From contig JBOGEV010000118.1 of the NCBI GenBank assembly GCA_050742015.1, positions 3,962 to 67,961 of the forward strand: a DNA stretch of 64,000 bases. Direction: 5' to 3'. Source of the DNA: Acidimicrobiia bacterium. GTDB taxonomy: Bacteria; Actinomycetota; Acidimicrobiia; Spongiisociales; ZC4RG35. Shown here one piece after another: positions 40,273 through 49,792 of the stretch (positions within the stretch are counted from its first letter, which is position 1; each line of letters starts with the position of its first letter). The position numbers and the translations under genes are program-made. The notes under the pieces were generated by a model. It saw only the letters and a list, made by a program, of their open reading frames with translations, was not told where the DNA came from and searched no databases.

Positions 40273-43200
40273 ATGAGTAAAGGCCTGCGGATCACCCGTC
40301 GCTTCACCGAGGCCGGCAAGGACCCCTACGACCAGATCGAATGGTCGCGTCGCGACTCTCGGATCACCAACCCCGACGGCTCGGTGGTGTTCGAGATGAC
40401 CGACGCCGAGATCCCGGCCGGGTGGTCGCAGGTCGCCTCGGACATCATGGTGTCGAAGTACTTCCGCAAGGCGGGTGTCCCCCAGCTCGACGAAGAGGGC
40501 AACCCGATCGTCGATGATAACGGCGACCCTGTGCTCGGTCCGGAGCGCTCAGCTCGACAAGTGTTCGACCGTCTCGCCGGCACCTGGCGGCATTGGGGTG
40601 AGAAGGAGGGTTACTTCGCCTCCACCGACGATGCGACGGTCTTCGAGGACGAGCTCAAGTACATGCTGGCCAACCAGATGGCCGCCCCCAACTCCCCTCA
40701 GTGGTTCAACACCGGGCTGAATCACGCCTACGGGCTGACCGGGCCTGCCCAGGGCTTCTGGTACGTCGACGGCGCCGACGGCGAGCTCAAGGCCTCTCCC
40801 GACTCCTACAGCCGCCCGGCCCCCCACGCCTGTTTCATCCTCAGCGTCCGTGATGATCTGGTGAATCCCGGCGGGATCATGGACCTCTGGGTGCGCGAGG
40901 CAAGGATCTTCAAGTTTGGCTCGGGGGCCGGGTCCAACTTCAGCCAGATCCGCGGTGAGAACGAGCGGCTTTCCGGTGGTGGTAAGTCGTCGGGAGTGAT
41001 GTCGTTCCTCAAGATCGGCGACCGCGCCGCTGGCGCAATCAAAAGTGGAGGCACGACGAGACGCGCCGCCAAGATGGTCATCCTCGACGTCGATCATCCA
41101 GATATCGAGAAGTTCATCGACTGGAAGAAGGTCGAGGAGGACAAGGCCCGGGTCCTGATCAACCATGGTGGATTCCCCGCCGACTTCAACGGTGACGCCT
41201 ATGCCACGGTGTCCGGTCAGAACTCGAACAACTCGGTCCGGGTCAGCAACGAGTTCATCGAGACGGTCGTGGACGACGGAGACTGGGAGTTGAAGAACCG
41301 GACCGACGGCACGGTCCGCAAGACGGTCAAGGCCCGTGACCTGTGGAACCGGATCGCCGAAGCGGCATGGGCCTGCGCCGATCCCGGTCTCCAGTTCGAC
41401 ACCACGGTCAACGAGTGGCACACCAGCCCCGCCGGTGGCCGGATCAACGGATCCAACCCTTGTAGCGAGTACATGTTCCTCGACGACACGGCGTGCAACC
41501 TTGCGTCGATCAACCTCGTCAGGTTCCACGACGACCAGACCGGTGTCTTCGACATCGAGGGCTACCAGCACGCGGTCCGTCTGTGGACGATCGTTCTCGA
41601 GATCTCGGTGGCGATGGCCCACTTCCCATCGCCGGAGATCGCCCAGGGCTCCTACGACTATCGCACTCTCGGACTCGGCTACGCCAACCTCGGATCCCTG
41701 CTGATGCGTCAGGGGATCGCCTACGACTCCGACGAGGGCCGCGCCATCAGCGGTGCTTTGACCGCGATCCTCACCGGGTACTCGTATGCCACGTCGGCTG
41801 AGATCGCCGGGGTGGTCGGGCCGTTCCCCCGCTTCGCCGAGAACCGGGAGTCGATGCTGCGGGTGATCCGCAACCACCGTCGCGCCGCCTACGGCGACAC
41901 CGACTATGAGGGTGTCAGCCACAAGGTGATGGCGATCGACGCCGATCTCTGCCCCGACGATGTGCTGGCCGCGGCCCGCACCTCGTGGGACCTCGCCCTC
42001 GCCCAGGGGGAGCAGCACGGCTACCGGAACGCCCAGTCCAGCGTCATCGCGCCTACAGGAACAATCGGGTTGCTGATGGACTGTGACACCACCGGGGTGG
42101 AGCCCGATTTCGCCCTGGTGAAGTTCAAGAAGCTGGCCGGCGGCGGCTACTTCAAGATCGCCAACCAGTCGGTCGCCCCGGCGCTGCGGCACCTTGGCTA
42201 CGACGAGGGCCAGATCAAGGATGTGGTCGAGTACATCGTGGGAACCAGCTCCATCGATGGGACTCCCCACATCAACCGGGAGACACTCACCGCCAAGGGC
42301 TTCGACGACGAGGACCTGGCCAAGTTGGAGAAGGCTCTGCCGGCGGTGTTCGAGTTGAAGCACGCCTTCAACGTGTTCACCTTCGGCGAGGATGCGTTGC
42401 AGCGGCTCGGCTTCGGAGTCGACGAGTACACCGGGTGGGATTTCAACCTGCTCAAGGCGCTCGGGTTCTCCTCGAAGGAGATCAACGAGGCCAACGATCA
42501 CATCTGCGGCCGGCAGACCATCGAAGGTGCCCCGCACCTGAAGGACGAGCATCTATCAGTCTTCGACACCGCCAACAAGAACGGGAAGATCGGCGAGCGG
42601 TTCATCCACCACTACGGCCACATCAAGATGATGGCCGCGGCCCAGCCGTTCATCTCGGGGGCGATCTCGAAGACGATCAACATGCCCAACGAGATAACGA
42701 TCGAGGACATCGAAGAGTCCTATCGGATGTCCTGGGAGTGGGGTCTCAAGGCAATGGCCCTCTATCGGGACGGATCGAAGGCGGCCCAGCCGCTCAACTC
42801 CACCTCCGACGAGGGTGAGGAGAGCGAGGATGAGGCGCCTGGGATCACTGCTGCGGTCGAGGCGGAGAAGGCGATCCACTGGGGCAACCTGCCGGCGGGG
42901 ATCTCCCCCACCCAGGCCTACCACCAGGGAATGAAGCCACCCCGGTTCCTGCTCCCGGCCCGTCGCAACGGGTACAACCAGGAGGCGAGGATCGGCGGGC
43001 ACAAGGTGTTTCTCCGCACCGGCGAGTACGACGACGGGACCCTGGGCGAGATCTTCATCGACCTGGCGAAAGAAGGGGCGACCTTGAAGGGAATCCTCTC
43101 CTGCTTCGCCATCGCCGTCTCCAAGGGCCTCCAGTACGGGGTGCCGCTGGAGGAGTTCGTCGACACCTTCACCTTCCAGACCTTCGAGCCGAGGGGCATG

Positions 43201-43683
43201 GTCGAGGGCCATCCCAACATCAAGATGGCAAACTCGATCGTGGACTACGTGTTCCGGGCCCTCGGTGTGGAGTACCTGGAGCGTGACGAGCTGGCACAAG
43301 TTCCGCCCGACCGTGAGGGTGAGCTCCCCGAGCCCGCCTCGGGCATCGCCATCGAGGCCGGGATCCAGCTCGACCTGACCGACGCCGTTGCCGAGTCCGA
43401 CGTTGATGCGGTCAGGGCAGCCGCGGCCTTCGTGGATGCGCCGACATCCGTTTCTCCTTCCGTAGGGGGAGGTACCGCCGGAGGCGGCGGAGGCGTAGCG
43501 GCCCGTACCCTCCAGGTCGAGGAGAAGGTGACCGTGGTCGCAGGATCGGCGGCGATGGTGGACACGGCCTTGAAGGAGAACATGGGCGACGCCCCGGTCT
43601 GCTCCAACTGCGGGCACATGACCATCCGCAACGGCAGCTGCTACGTCTGCCTCACCTGCGGGGACACGACCGGGTGTAGCTGA
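40273..43683 (+). CDS. nrdJ: Class II (adenosylcobalamin-dependent) ribonucleotide reductase
   Basis: ATG 40273 after GAGGAGG; 1136 aa. Active-site NPCSEY and a C-terminal CxxC...CxxC zinc-ribbon tail (CSNCGHMTIRNGSCYVCLTCG). Confidence 0.95.
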   Translation: MSKGLRITRRFTEAGKDPYDQIEWSRRDSRITNPDGSVVFEMTDAEIPAGWSQVASDIMVSKYFRKAGVPQLDEEGNPIVDDNGDPVLGPERSARQVFDRLAGTWRHWGEKEGYFASTDDATVFEDELKYMLANQMAAPNSPQWFNTGLNHAYGLTGPAQGFWYVDGADGELKASPDSYSRPAPHACFILSVRDDLVNPGGIMDLWVREARIFKFGSGAGSNFSQIRGENERLSGGGKSSGVMSFLKIGDRAAGAIKSGGTTRRAAKMVILDVDHPDIEKFIDWKKVEEDKARVLINHGGFPADFNGDAYATVSGQNSNNSVRVSNEFIETVVDDGDWELKNRTDGTVRKTVKARDLWNRIAEAAWACADPGLQFDTTVNEWHTSPAGGRINGSNPCSEYMFLDDTACNLASINLVRFHDDQTGVFDIEGYQHAVRLWTIVLEISVAMAHFPSPEIAQGSYDYRTLGLGYANLGSLLMRQGIAYDSDEGRAISGALTAILTGYSYATSAEIAGVVGPFPRFAENRESMLRVIRNHRRAAYGDTDYEGVSHKVMAIDADLCPDDVLAAARTSWDLALAQGEQHGYRNAQSSVIAPTGTIGLLMDCDTTGVEPDFALVKFKKLAGGGYFKIANQSVAPALRHLGYDEGQIKDVVEYIVGTSSIDGTPHINRETLTAKGFDDEDLAKLEKALPAVFELKHAFNVFTFGEDALQRLGFGVDEYTGWDFNLLKALGFSSKEINEANDHICGRQTIEGAPHLKDEHLSVFDTANKNGKIGERFIHHYGHIKMMAAAQPFISGAISKTINMPNEITIEDIEESYRMSWEWGLKAMALYRDGSKAAQPLNSTSDEGEESEDEAPGITAAVEAEKAIHWGNLPAGISPTQAYHQGMKPPRFLLPARRNGYNQEARIGGHKVFLRTGEYDDGTLGEIFIDLAKEGATLKGILSCFAIAVSKGLQYGVPLEEFVDTFTFQTFEPRGMVEGHPNIKMANSIVDYVFRALGVEYLERDELAQVPPDREGELPEPASGIAIEAGIQLDLTDAVAESDVDAVRAAAAFVDAPTSVSPSVGGGTAGGGGGVAARTLQVEEKVTVVAGSAAMVDTALKENMGDAPVCSNCGHMTIRNGSCYVCLTCGDTTGCS

Positions 43684-43754
43684 TCAGAGAACCTGAACGT
43701 CCGGGAGACAGGATCTAGGAGAAAGGGGAGAGGCGGTCGACGAGGCTGCCTCTC

Positions 43755-44381
43755 TCACGCGCCCGGGTCGGGCGTGGCCGTTTCGTACTGCGGACGGCCG
43801 GCGGGCCGGTAGACCTGGATCGTTACCCCCTTTGGGGTAGTCCGCGATTCCACCAAATCGAACGCTATGTCCGGGCCGGTGTCGGGGAACAGCCGTGTGC
43901 CCTGACCGATCACCACTGGGCAGACGAATAGGGTGATCTCGTCGACGAGCTGGTTGTCGAGCAGCCAGCGGATCAGGCCCCCGCTGCCGTGCACCTGCAG
44001 CTCCCCTTCCCGCTCGGCTTTCAGGTCGTCGATGCCGGCCGCGACGTCACCGGAGAGGACGGTCGTGTTCGCCCAGCTCGGTTCGGTGAGGGTGTTCGAT
44101 GCGACGTACTTGGGCTGCTTGTTCAAGGCCGCAGCGATGGGGTTGCTGCTCGGGTCTGGCATCGTTCCCCAGTAGCCGGCGAAGGTCTCGTAGGTTCGTC
44201 GGCCGAACAGGAACGTGTCGGCGCGCTGGTAGATCTGGTTCACAGACGTCGCGGCCTCCTCGTCCCAGAACGGCGCGGCCCACCCACCGCGCTCGAATCC
44301 GCCGCTGCGATCCTCGTCCGGCCCGCCGAGTCCCTGCATCACGCCGTCGAGGGTGATCCACGTGGTGGTGGTGAGCTTCAT
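43755..44381 (-). CDS. Dihydrofolate reductase-like (RibD C-terminal domain) family protein
   Basis: ATG 44381 after GAAGGGA; 208 aa. ITLDGVMQG...FGRRTYE...LQVHGSGGLIRWLL pattern. Confidence 0.8.
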   Translation of the reverse strand: MKLTTTTWITLDGVMQGLGGPDEDRSGGFERGGWAAPFWDEEAATSVNQIYQRADTFLFGRRTYETFAGYWGTMPDPSSNPIAAALNKQPKYVASNTLTEPSWANTTVLSGDVAAGIDDLKAEREGELQVHGSGGLIRWLLDNQLVDEITLFVCPVVIGQGTRLFPDTGPDIAFDLVESRTTPKGVTIQVYRPAGRPQYETATPDPGA

Positions 44382-44615
44382 GATCGTGGTTCCCTTCTCG
44401 CTGTTCGGCGTGTGAGCCTGGTTTAGACCACGCCTCCGCACCGATCCAATCGCTTGTGGGTACGACAGCGCTCTCCATGCTGATGTGATCTGGGTTGAAC
44501 GTGCCCTCCATCTTGGGTCATTCGACTCATTGTCGATCCCCCGCTAAAGACCAAAGCTTCGAGGGCCGACAGGGATCTATGAGGGAGGCCCCGCATCCGT
44601 AAGTTCGCCGGCTTC

Positions 44616-45590
44616 TTGCGTCGTCACCCACGCGCCCGGTGGGGGATCCCGCTCGTGTCATTGATCGTCATCGCCTTCCTGCCGGTGCCCTGGCTGATGG
44701 CCAACACCACCAACCCGCCGGGGATTGCGTGGAGGCTCGATGGTCGGTTCCTGTTCGACGGGGAGCCGATTGACCCGCCGGGCACCTGGTACGCCCTCTC
44801 CGCGGGTCGGCCGCCACTGGTGGCAGAGGTGGTTCTCGCCTGGGTCGACCCCGACGTCTTGCCGCCGAGAGATCTGACCCGCGGATCAGGGTTCAGCTCG
44901 CCGGCGATGGCGGAGCCTGCCGCGCTCGCTATCGGACTGGTCCGTGCCGGGCGGGTGGTCGAGCTGACCACAGTGGTCGAGGTCAGCGAGCCGACGATCC
45001 CGGGACTGCCCGACCGGGCTCAGGTCGCCCGTCTCAACGGGCAGGCAATCACGAGTCGAGAGGAATGGTCAGACGCTGTCTCGCATCTGGGACAACTGAA
45101 CGAGTTCATCACCCGGAGCGGTGCCGTTCACACCTTCGATGGGCCCGAGCTGCCGTATCGGGAAGTGGTGGCCATGGGATTCCCGATCGATGCGTCCGTA
45201 TCGCCGACGGGATGGCTTCGATTCATCCCGGAGAGCTGGTACCGCAACCTCACGCTGGGTAGGTCCCACGGGCTGATCCTCGCCCTTGCCGCCTACACGC
45301 ACGCCTCAGGGGAGGACCTGGCCGCGGGCCGGGTGATCGCCGGCACCGGGACAATCCGAATCGACGGCACTGTCTCTGCGATTGGGGGGCTAGCCGCCAA
45401 AGCGCGAGCTGCGCATCGTGCCGGCGTCGAAGTGTTCGTCTACCCGGCATCACAGCGATGCCAGGGCGAGGCCATCGCCGAGAGTCTCCGCGGCCAAAAC
45501 ATGACGATGTACCCAGTGGAGACACTCGACCAGGCGATCGGCGTGCTGCGAGGAGTGGTCCCTCCTCCTTCTCAGACCGCCTGTCCCTAG
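44616..45590 (+). CDS. Membrane-anchored Lon-like S16 peptidase with PDZ-like middle region
   Basis: 324 aa with an N-terminal TM. GRSHGLILALA (Ser) and IGGLAAKARAAHRAG (Lys) resemble the Lon protease C-terminal catalytic dyad. Confidence 0.6.
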   Translation: MRRHPRARWGIPLVSLIVIAFLPVPWLMANTTNPPGIAWRLDGRFLFDGEPIDPPGTWYALSAGRPPLVAEVVLAWVDPDVLPPRDLTRGSGFSSPAMAEPAALAIGLVRAGRVVELTTVVEVSEPTIPGLPDRAQVARLNGQAITSREEWSDAVSHLGQLNEFITRSGAVHTFDGPELPYREVVAMGFPIDASVSPTGWLRFIPESWYRNLTLGRSHGLILALAAYTHASGEDLAAGRVIAGTGTIRIDGTVSAIGGLAAKARAAHRAGVEVFVYPASQRCQGEAIAESLRGQNMTMYPVETLDQAIGVLRGVVPPPSQTACP

Positions 45591-45611
45591 TCGGCGTGGA
45601 TAGACAGAGAA

Positions 45612-46127
45612 TCAGATCTCCCTCACCCTGAGGATCTTGCCGGTGATGGCAGCCAACTGATGGATCTCGGTCTTGTTGAGCTGTGAGAACAGGCGCCTGT
45701 CCAGCCCGGCGAGATGCGTGTCCTGGGCGACTCTGAATTTCTCGAGTCCCTTGTCGGTGATGGACACCTCGACCCCGCGTCTGTCAGCCCCGGCAACCGA
45801 GCGCTGAACCAGGCCGCGGACCTCGAGATCGGCGACCAGCCGGGATACCCGGCTCTGGCTGAGGGGTGTCCGTTCGGTCAACTCCGAGATCCGAAGTCGG
45901 CCCTCCGGAGAGAAGACCGCCAAGAACAAGAGCACCTCGAAGCCGCGTAGGCCTATCCCGTGCTCCGTCTCGAGCTCGTGGTCCAGCTCGCGAGCGATTT
46001 TCTCCCCCGCCCTCACCAACCCGAGGAACGCTGACGCTCGCACCGGTGAGAGGTACTTCAAGCCACCGGCGCGTTGGACCACGCCTTCACTCTCGGTGAT
46101 GACGGAATCCGGGTCGGTAGCGGTCAT
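45612..46127 (-). CDS. MarR family transcriptional regulator
   Basis: About 171 aa. Winged-HTH block ISELTERTPLSQSRVSRLVADLEVRGLV.R......DRRGV. Confidence 0.85.
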   Translation of the reverse strand: MTATDPDSVITESEGVVQRAGGLKYLSPVRASAFLGLVRAGEKIARELDHELETEHGIGLRGFEVLLFLAVFSPEGRLRISELTERTPLSQSRVSRLVADLEVRGLVQRSVAGADRRGVEVSITDKGLEKFRVAQDTHLAGLDRRLFSQLNKTEIHQLAAITGKILRVREI

Positions 46128-46148
46128 GAGCAAAAGACTACACAATTA

Positions 46149-46162
46149 CTTGCGCCCGCAAG
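46149..46162. promoter_or_regulatory. Palindrome in the MarR divergent intergenic region (candidate operator)
   Basis: CTTGCG-cc-CGCAAG perfect 6-bp arms between the divergent MarR gene and the small membrane protein gene. Confidence 0.3.
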
Positions 46163-46212
46163 CACATTCTTATATGCTTGTGCATACATCTTATCCGAGC
46201 CTGGAAGTGAAT

Positions 46213-46665
46213 ATGACACATCCGAAATCAACCAGGACCATCTCCGGCTCGAAGGCCTTGCGAGGACAGAGACTTATCGCGGTAGTTGCCGCCGTCGCTG
46301 CTTCCCTCGCCACCTTTGCGGTGATCGAAGGTGTCTTGGGAGTTGATCTGCAGTCCCCCGGCTTCGGTCCGAGCGGCCCTCAGGATCTCGGTTTCGTCCC
46401 AGTGGTGGTGGCTAGCGCGCTGGCGGGTGCTGCCGCGTGGGCATTGCTGGCGCTGCTGGAGAGGTGGACGACCCGGTCCCGCCGCTATTGGACGATCTCG
46501 GTGACCCTCGGGCTCGTCATCTCCATCGGCGGTCCCATGTCCGGAACCGGCATCAGTCAGTCCGAACGCTGGCTTCTGTTCCTGCTCCACGTGGCGGTGG
46601 CCGTCGTGTTGATACCTCTCCTCTACCGAACCGCGCGGTCCGGCTCCGATCGGTCGACAATATGA
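46213..46665 (+). CDS. Small 4-TM membrane protein (DUF6069-like)
   Basis: ATG 46213 after GGAAG; 150 aa with four hydrophobic spans. ATGA overlap with the downstream PPOX gene. Confidence 0.5.
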   Translation: MTHPKSTRTISGSKALRGQRLIAVVAAVAASLATFAVIEGVLGVDLQSPGFGPSGPQDLGFVPVVVASALAGAAAWALLALLERWTTRSRRYWTISVTLGLVISIGGPMSGTGISQSERWLLFLLHVAVAVVLIPLLYRTARSGSDRSTI

Positions 46666-47039
46666 CCGAGAGGCGGCGATTCTCGGAAGCCGAACTCGCA
46701 TACTTGCAGAGTGAGCGACGCTTGGGCCGGCTCGCAACCGCCGATTCGGATGGGCGGCCCCATGTCACACCGGTAGGGATGTGGACCTTCAACCATGAGC
46801 TCGGGACGGTCGATGTCACCGGTCGCGACTTCGCGACCACCCGCAAGTATCGAAACGTCCGGGCCAATCCTCACGCCGCTTTGGTCATCGACGACCTCGC
46901 ATCGATTGATCCCTGGCGACCGCGAGCTGTCGTCATCGAGGGCGCGGCGACAGCAGTGACCGGGGACGGGGTATCCGCGCTGATCCGGATCGTGCCCACC
47001 AAGATCATCTCCTGGGGGCTCGACTCGCCAGAGGCCTGA
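46662..47039 (+). CDS. PPOX-class (pyridoxamine 5'-phosphate oxidase-like) probable F420-dependent protein
   Basis: 125 aa. LGRLATADSDGRPHVTPVG...TRKYRNVRANPHAALVIDD pattern. Confidence 0.8.
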   Translation: MTERRRFSEAELAYLQSERRLGRLATADSDGRPHVTPVGMWTFNHELGTVDVTGRDFATTRKYRNVRANPHAALVIDDLASIDPWRPRAVVIEGAATAVTGDGVSALIRIVPTKIISWGLDSPEA

Positions 47040-47107
47040 AGCACGGAAGTGGTCAGGCAAACGGGACAAGCCTGCGGGGCCGGCTTCAGCGGGCGATACT
47101 GAGACGG

Positions 47108-47800
47108 ATGAAAGCGATCACCGCTCCGATCCTTCCCTGCGTCGATCTGGACGACTCGATCTCCTTCTACGAGGCACTCGGGTTCAAACGCACCTACCGC
47201 CAGCAGCGACCGAATCCCTCTGCCGTCGTCGAGCGCGGCGAGATCGTGATTCACCTCTTCGGACTCGAGAACTTCGACCCGGAAACGTCTTACGGCAGCG
47301 TCATCATTGCCGTATCCGATCCGGACGCGCTGTACGCCGATTTCGCCGCCGGTTTGCGCGAGCGGTTCGGGAAACTGCCTTCCACAGACATCCCTCGCAT
47401 CCTGCGACCGAGAAAGAAGCACGGGACGGTCCGGGGATTCAGCGTGGTGGATCCGGGCGGAAATTGGCTGCGGGTGTCGAAGCTCGGTGACGAGGAGCGG
47501 GCCCAGGAGACGACGACGGGTCTGGCCCGCGTGATCGAGAACGCGGCGAGGCTCGGCGACGCCAAGGGTGACGACTCCGAAGCGGTGCGTCTGCTGAGCA
47601 ATGGCCTGGAACGTTTCTCCGATGCGCCGCCCATCGAAAGGGCCAGGGCCTTCCTCTACCTCGCCGAGCTCCACGCCAGGGTTGGCGACCAACCGGCCGC
47701 ACACGATTCATTGACCAAGGCATCCTCGATGGAACTGTCGGACGACGAGCGCGAGTCGCTGAGTGCCGAGTTGGCGCACACCCGTGAGGTCGTCGGCTAG
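47108..47800 (+). CDS. VOC/glyoxalase-bleomycin-resistance domain protein with helical C-terminal extension
   Basis: 230 aa. PILPCVDLDDSISFYEALGF...FSVVDPGGNWLRV, then about 100 aa of helical sequence. Confidence 0.7.
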   Translation: MKAITAPILPCVDLDDSISFYEALGFKRTYRQQRPNPSAVVERGEIVIHLFGLENFDPETSYGSVIIAVSDPDALYADFAAGLRERFGKLPSTDIPRILRPRKKHGTVRGFSVVDPGGNWLRVSKLGDEERAQETTTGLARVIENAARLGDAKGDDSEAVRLLSNGLERFSDAPPIERARAFLYLAELHARVGDQPAAHDSLTKASSMELSDDERESLSAELAHTREVVG

Positions 47801-47801
47801 A

Positions 47802-48740
47802 TCACAACCCTTCCCGAAATCCCGCCCGCCAGCTCGAGTAGCGCGGCGTCCAGCCCAGTTCCCGCTTCGCCTTGGCGTTGGAGGAGCCGCGGAGCTTGGT
47901 CATCATCGTCACCCCGGGGCTGCCGACGATGAGTCGGGCAAGCCAGGCCGGTACCTTCCGGGGCGGCTTGGCGCCGAGCACTTCGGCCAGATATGGGAGC
48001 CATTCCGAAACTGCAGCCGGCTCGTCGTCGACGACGTTGTAGAGGCCGGGGTCGCCCCGGTCCACGGCCAACGCGGTCGCGGCCGCGGCGTCGTCGATAT
48101 GGACGAATGACCAGATGCCGGTCCCCCCACCCACGATCGGCATCTGCCGCTTGACCACCGCCTCGAACATGGCCCCACCTTTGCCGAGCGCCTGCCCGGG
48201 CCCGTAGAACCCCCCGTAACGCAAGGCGAGGCCTTCGATCCCGTGAGTGCCGGTGGTGACAGACTCCAGGTGGAAGATGGCCTCGACCGTTTCCTTGACC
48301 GGTCCGGTCGGGTTGGCCAGACGAGGGTCCTCTTCGGTCTTGACCGGGCCTCCGCTCTGCTCATACGCCCAGGCGGCGAAGCTCTGAGCGACGAAACGGC
48401 GGGCACCGGCCTCGACACTGGCCGCTATGAGTCGATCGGTGGTCTCGGTCCTAAGCCGGTTGGTCTCGGCGAAGGTATCGGCGAAGTGTCGGAAGTCGAG
48501 GTCGCCGGAAAGGGCGGTCATTTGGTGGACCACCACCTCCGGTTGCGCGTCGAGCACGGCACGCCGCACCGCATCTCCGTCCAGGCCGTCGAGCACCACC
48601 GGTGTGGCACCGGTCAGGCGAAGACCGTCGACCTTGGCCGGGGTAGTGGTGGTTCCGACGACGTCGTGACCTGCGTCCACGAGCAGTGGCACCAGCCTCT
48701 GCCCGATCGCTCCGGTCGCGCCTGCAACAAAGACCTTCAT
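47802..48740 (-). CDS. NAD-dependent epimerase/dehydratase (SDR) family protein; COE-type partner of the ECF41 sigma factor
   Basis: ATG 48740 after AAGGAG; 312 aa. MKVFVAGATGAIGQRLV Rossmann motif. Confidence 0.85.
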   Translation of the reverse strand: MKVFVAGATGAIGQRLVPLLVDAGHDVVGTTTTPAKVDGLRLTGATPVVLDGLDGDAVRRAVLDAQPEVVVHQMTALSGDLDFRHFADTFAETNRLRTETTDRLIAASVEAGARRFVAQSFAAWAYEQSGGPVKTEEDPRLANPTGPVKETVEAIFHLESVTTGTHGIEGLALRYGGFYGPGQALGKGGAMFEAVVKRQMPIVGGGTGIWSFVHIDDAAAATALAVDRGDPGLYNVVDDEPAAVSEWLPYLAEVLGAKPPRKVPAWLARLIVGSPGVTMMTKLRGSSNAKAKRELGWTPRYSSWRAGFREGL

Positions 48741-48767
48741 ATGTCTCCTTTGATCGTTACCTACTGA

Positions 48768-48794
48768 GACGAGATAGGTGCGACTCATGTGACA
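48768..48794 (-). promoter_or_regulatory. ECF41-type promoter driving the epimerase gene
   Basis: The minus strand reads TGTCACA-tgagtcgcacctatct-CGTC, an exact match to TGTCACA-N16-CGTC. Confidence 0.7.
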
Positions 48795-48806
48795 AGCGTG
48801 GATCGG

Positions 48807-48833
48807 TGTCACAATTGGAGGGGCTATCTCGTC
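48807..48833 (+). promoter_or_regulatory. ECF41-type promoter driving the sigma factor gene (autoregulation)
   Basis: The plus strand reads TGTCACA-attggaggggctatct-CGTC. It shares the ctatctCGTC extension with the divergent promoter and ends 11 nt before ATG 48845. Confidence 0.7.
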
Positions 48834-48844
48834 CCAGAGGACAC

Positions 48845-49753
48845 ATGACCGATGCCCCAGACCCAGGTCCCGAGCGCGACGAGCCCGATTCGCAGCTCCG
48901 GCCACTGTTGTTCTCCATCGCCTACCGGATGACGGGCAGCGTGACCGAGGCCGAAGACCTGGTCCAGGACACGTTCATCCGGGTCCACGACGCGGAGCAG
49001 CAGGGGACCGAGATCGAGTCCCGTCGTGCCTACGCCTGCGCAGTGGTGACCCGTCTCTCCATCGACCATCTCCGCTCCGCCCGGGTGCGAAGAGAGCAAT
49101 ACGTCGGCGAATGGCTCCCCGAGCCCATCGTCACGGATCCCGCCCTCGACCCCGAGAAACACGCCGAGCTCTCCGACAGCCTGTCGATGGCATTCCTGGT
49201 CCTCCTCGAGCGGCTGACCCCGCCGGAACGGGCGGTCATCCTGCTCCGGGACGTGTTCGGGTACGGGTTCGACGAGATCGCCGAGCTGATCGGCAAGACC
49301 GAGGCCAACTGCCGGCAGCTTGCGGTGCGGGCCCGGGAGAAGGTTCAGGCAGGGAAACCCCGGTTCGAGACCTCGGTTGAGGAGCGGTGGGCATTGGCGG
49401 AGCGGTTTTTCGCCGCTGCTGAGGCAGGGGACACCGAAGGGTTGATGAGCATGCTCGCCGAAGATGTCGTCATGTACGGAGACGGTGGGGGAAAAGCGCC
49501 GGCGCGGAGAACCCCGACGAGAGGAGCCGTGGACGCGGCGCGTCTGCTCGCCGGCTTCAGCCGACGAGGCGAAGCACCCAAGTGGGTCTTGACCCTGGTG
49601 GAGGTCAATGGCCAGCCCGGAGCGATCGTGCACGACCAGTCCGGGGCCACGGTGTCGGTGGTGTCACTCGACATCTCAGAGGGCAAGGTCCAGGTCGTCC
49701 GGGCAGTGGTCAACCCCGAGAAATTGCGCCACCTGACCTCCGCCGCCGGCTAA
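48845..49753 (+). CDS. ECF sigma factor, group ECF41 (SigJ-like) with fused SnoaL-like C-terminal domain
   Basis: 302 aa. Region 2 (LFSIAYRMTGSVTEAEDLVQDTF), region 4 (PPERAVILLRDVFGYGFDEIAELIGKTEANCRQL), then about 110 aa of NTF2/SnoaL-like extension. Confidence 0.85.
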   Translation: MTDAPDPGPERDEPDSQLRPLLFSIAYRMTGSVTEAEDLVQDTFIRVHDAEQQGTEIESRRAYACAVVTRLSIDHLRSARVRREQYVGEWLPEPIVTDPALDPEKHAELSDSLSMAFLVLLERLTPPERAVILLRDVFGYGFDEIAELIGKTEANCRQLAVRAREKVQAGKPRFETSVEERWALAERFFAAAEAGDTEGLMSMLAEDVVMYGDGGGKAPARRTPTRGAVDAARLLAGFSRRGEAPKWVLTLVEVNGQPGAIVHDQSGATVSVVSLDISEGKVQVVRAVVNPEKLRHLTSAAG

Positions 49754-49792
49754 ACGCCATCCCGCGGCCAGGCGCCCGACTAGACATCTGAC

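Noticed and set aside
40549-42552. Very long alternate-frame or antisense ORFs in the track (for example 40549..42552, 2538..3878, 4689..6308, 7826..9352, 11810..13582, 60781..62673, 18035..19042)
   Set aside because: All lie opposite to or out of frame with genes that have clear family signatures. Their translations are Arg/Gly/Pro/His-rich with no motifs. This is the expected stop-codon-poor artefact of about 70% GC DNA.
43728-43754. Hairpin GAGAGGC-N13-GCCTCTC between the convergent nrdJ and DHFR-like genes as a bidirectional terminator
   Set aside because: The stem is only 7 bp with a 13-nt loop and no T-tract on either side, and it touches the stop codon of the minus-strand gene. Too weak to call.
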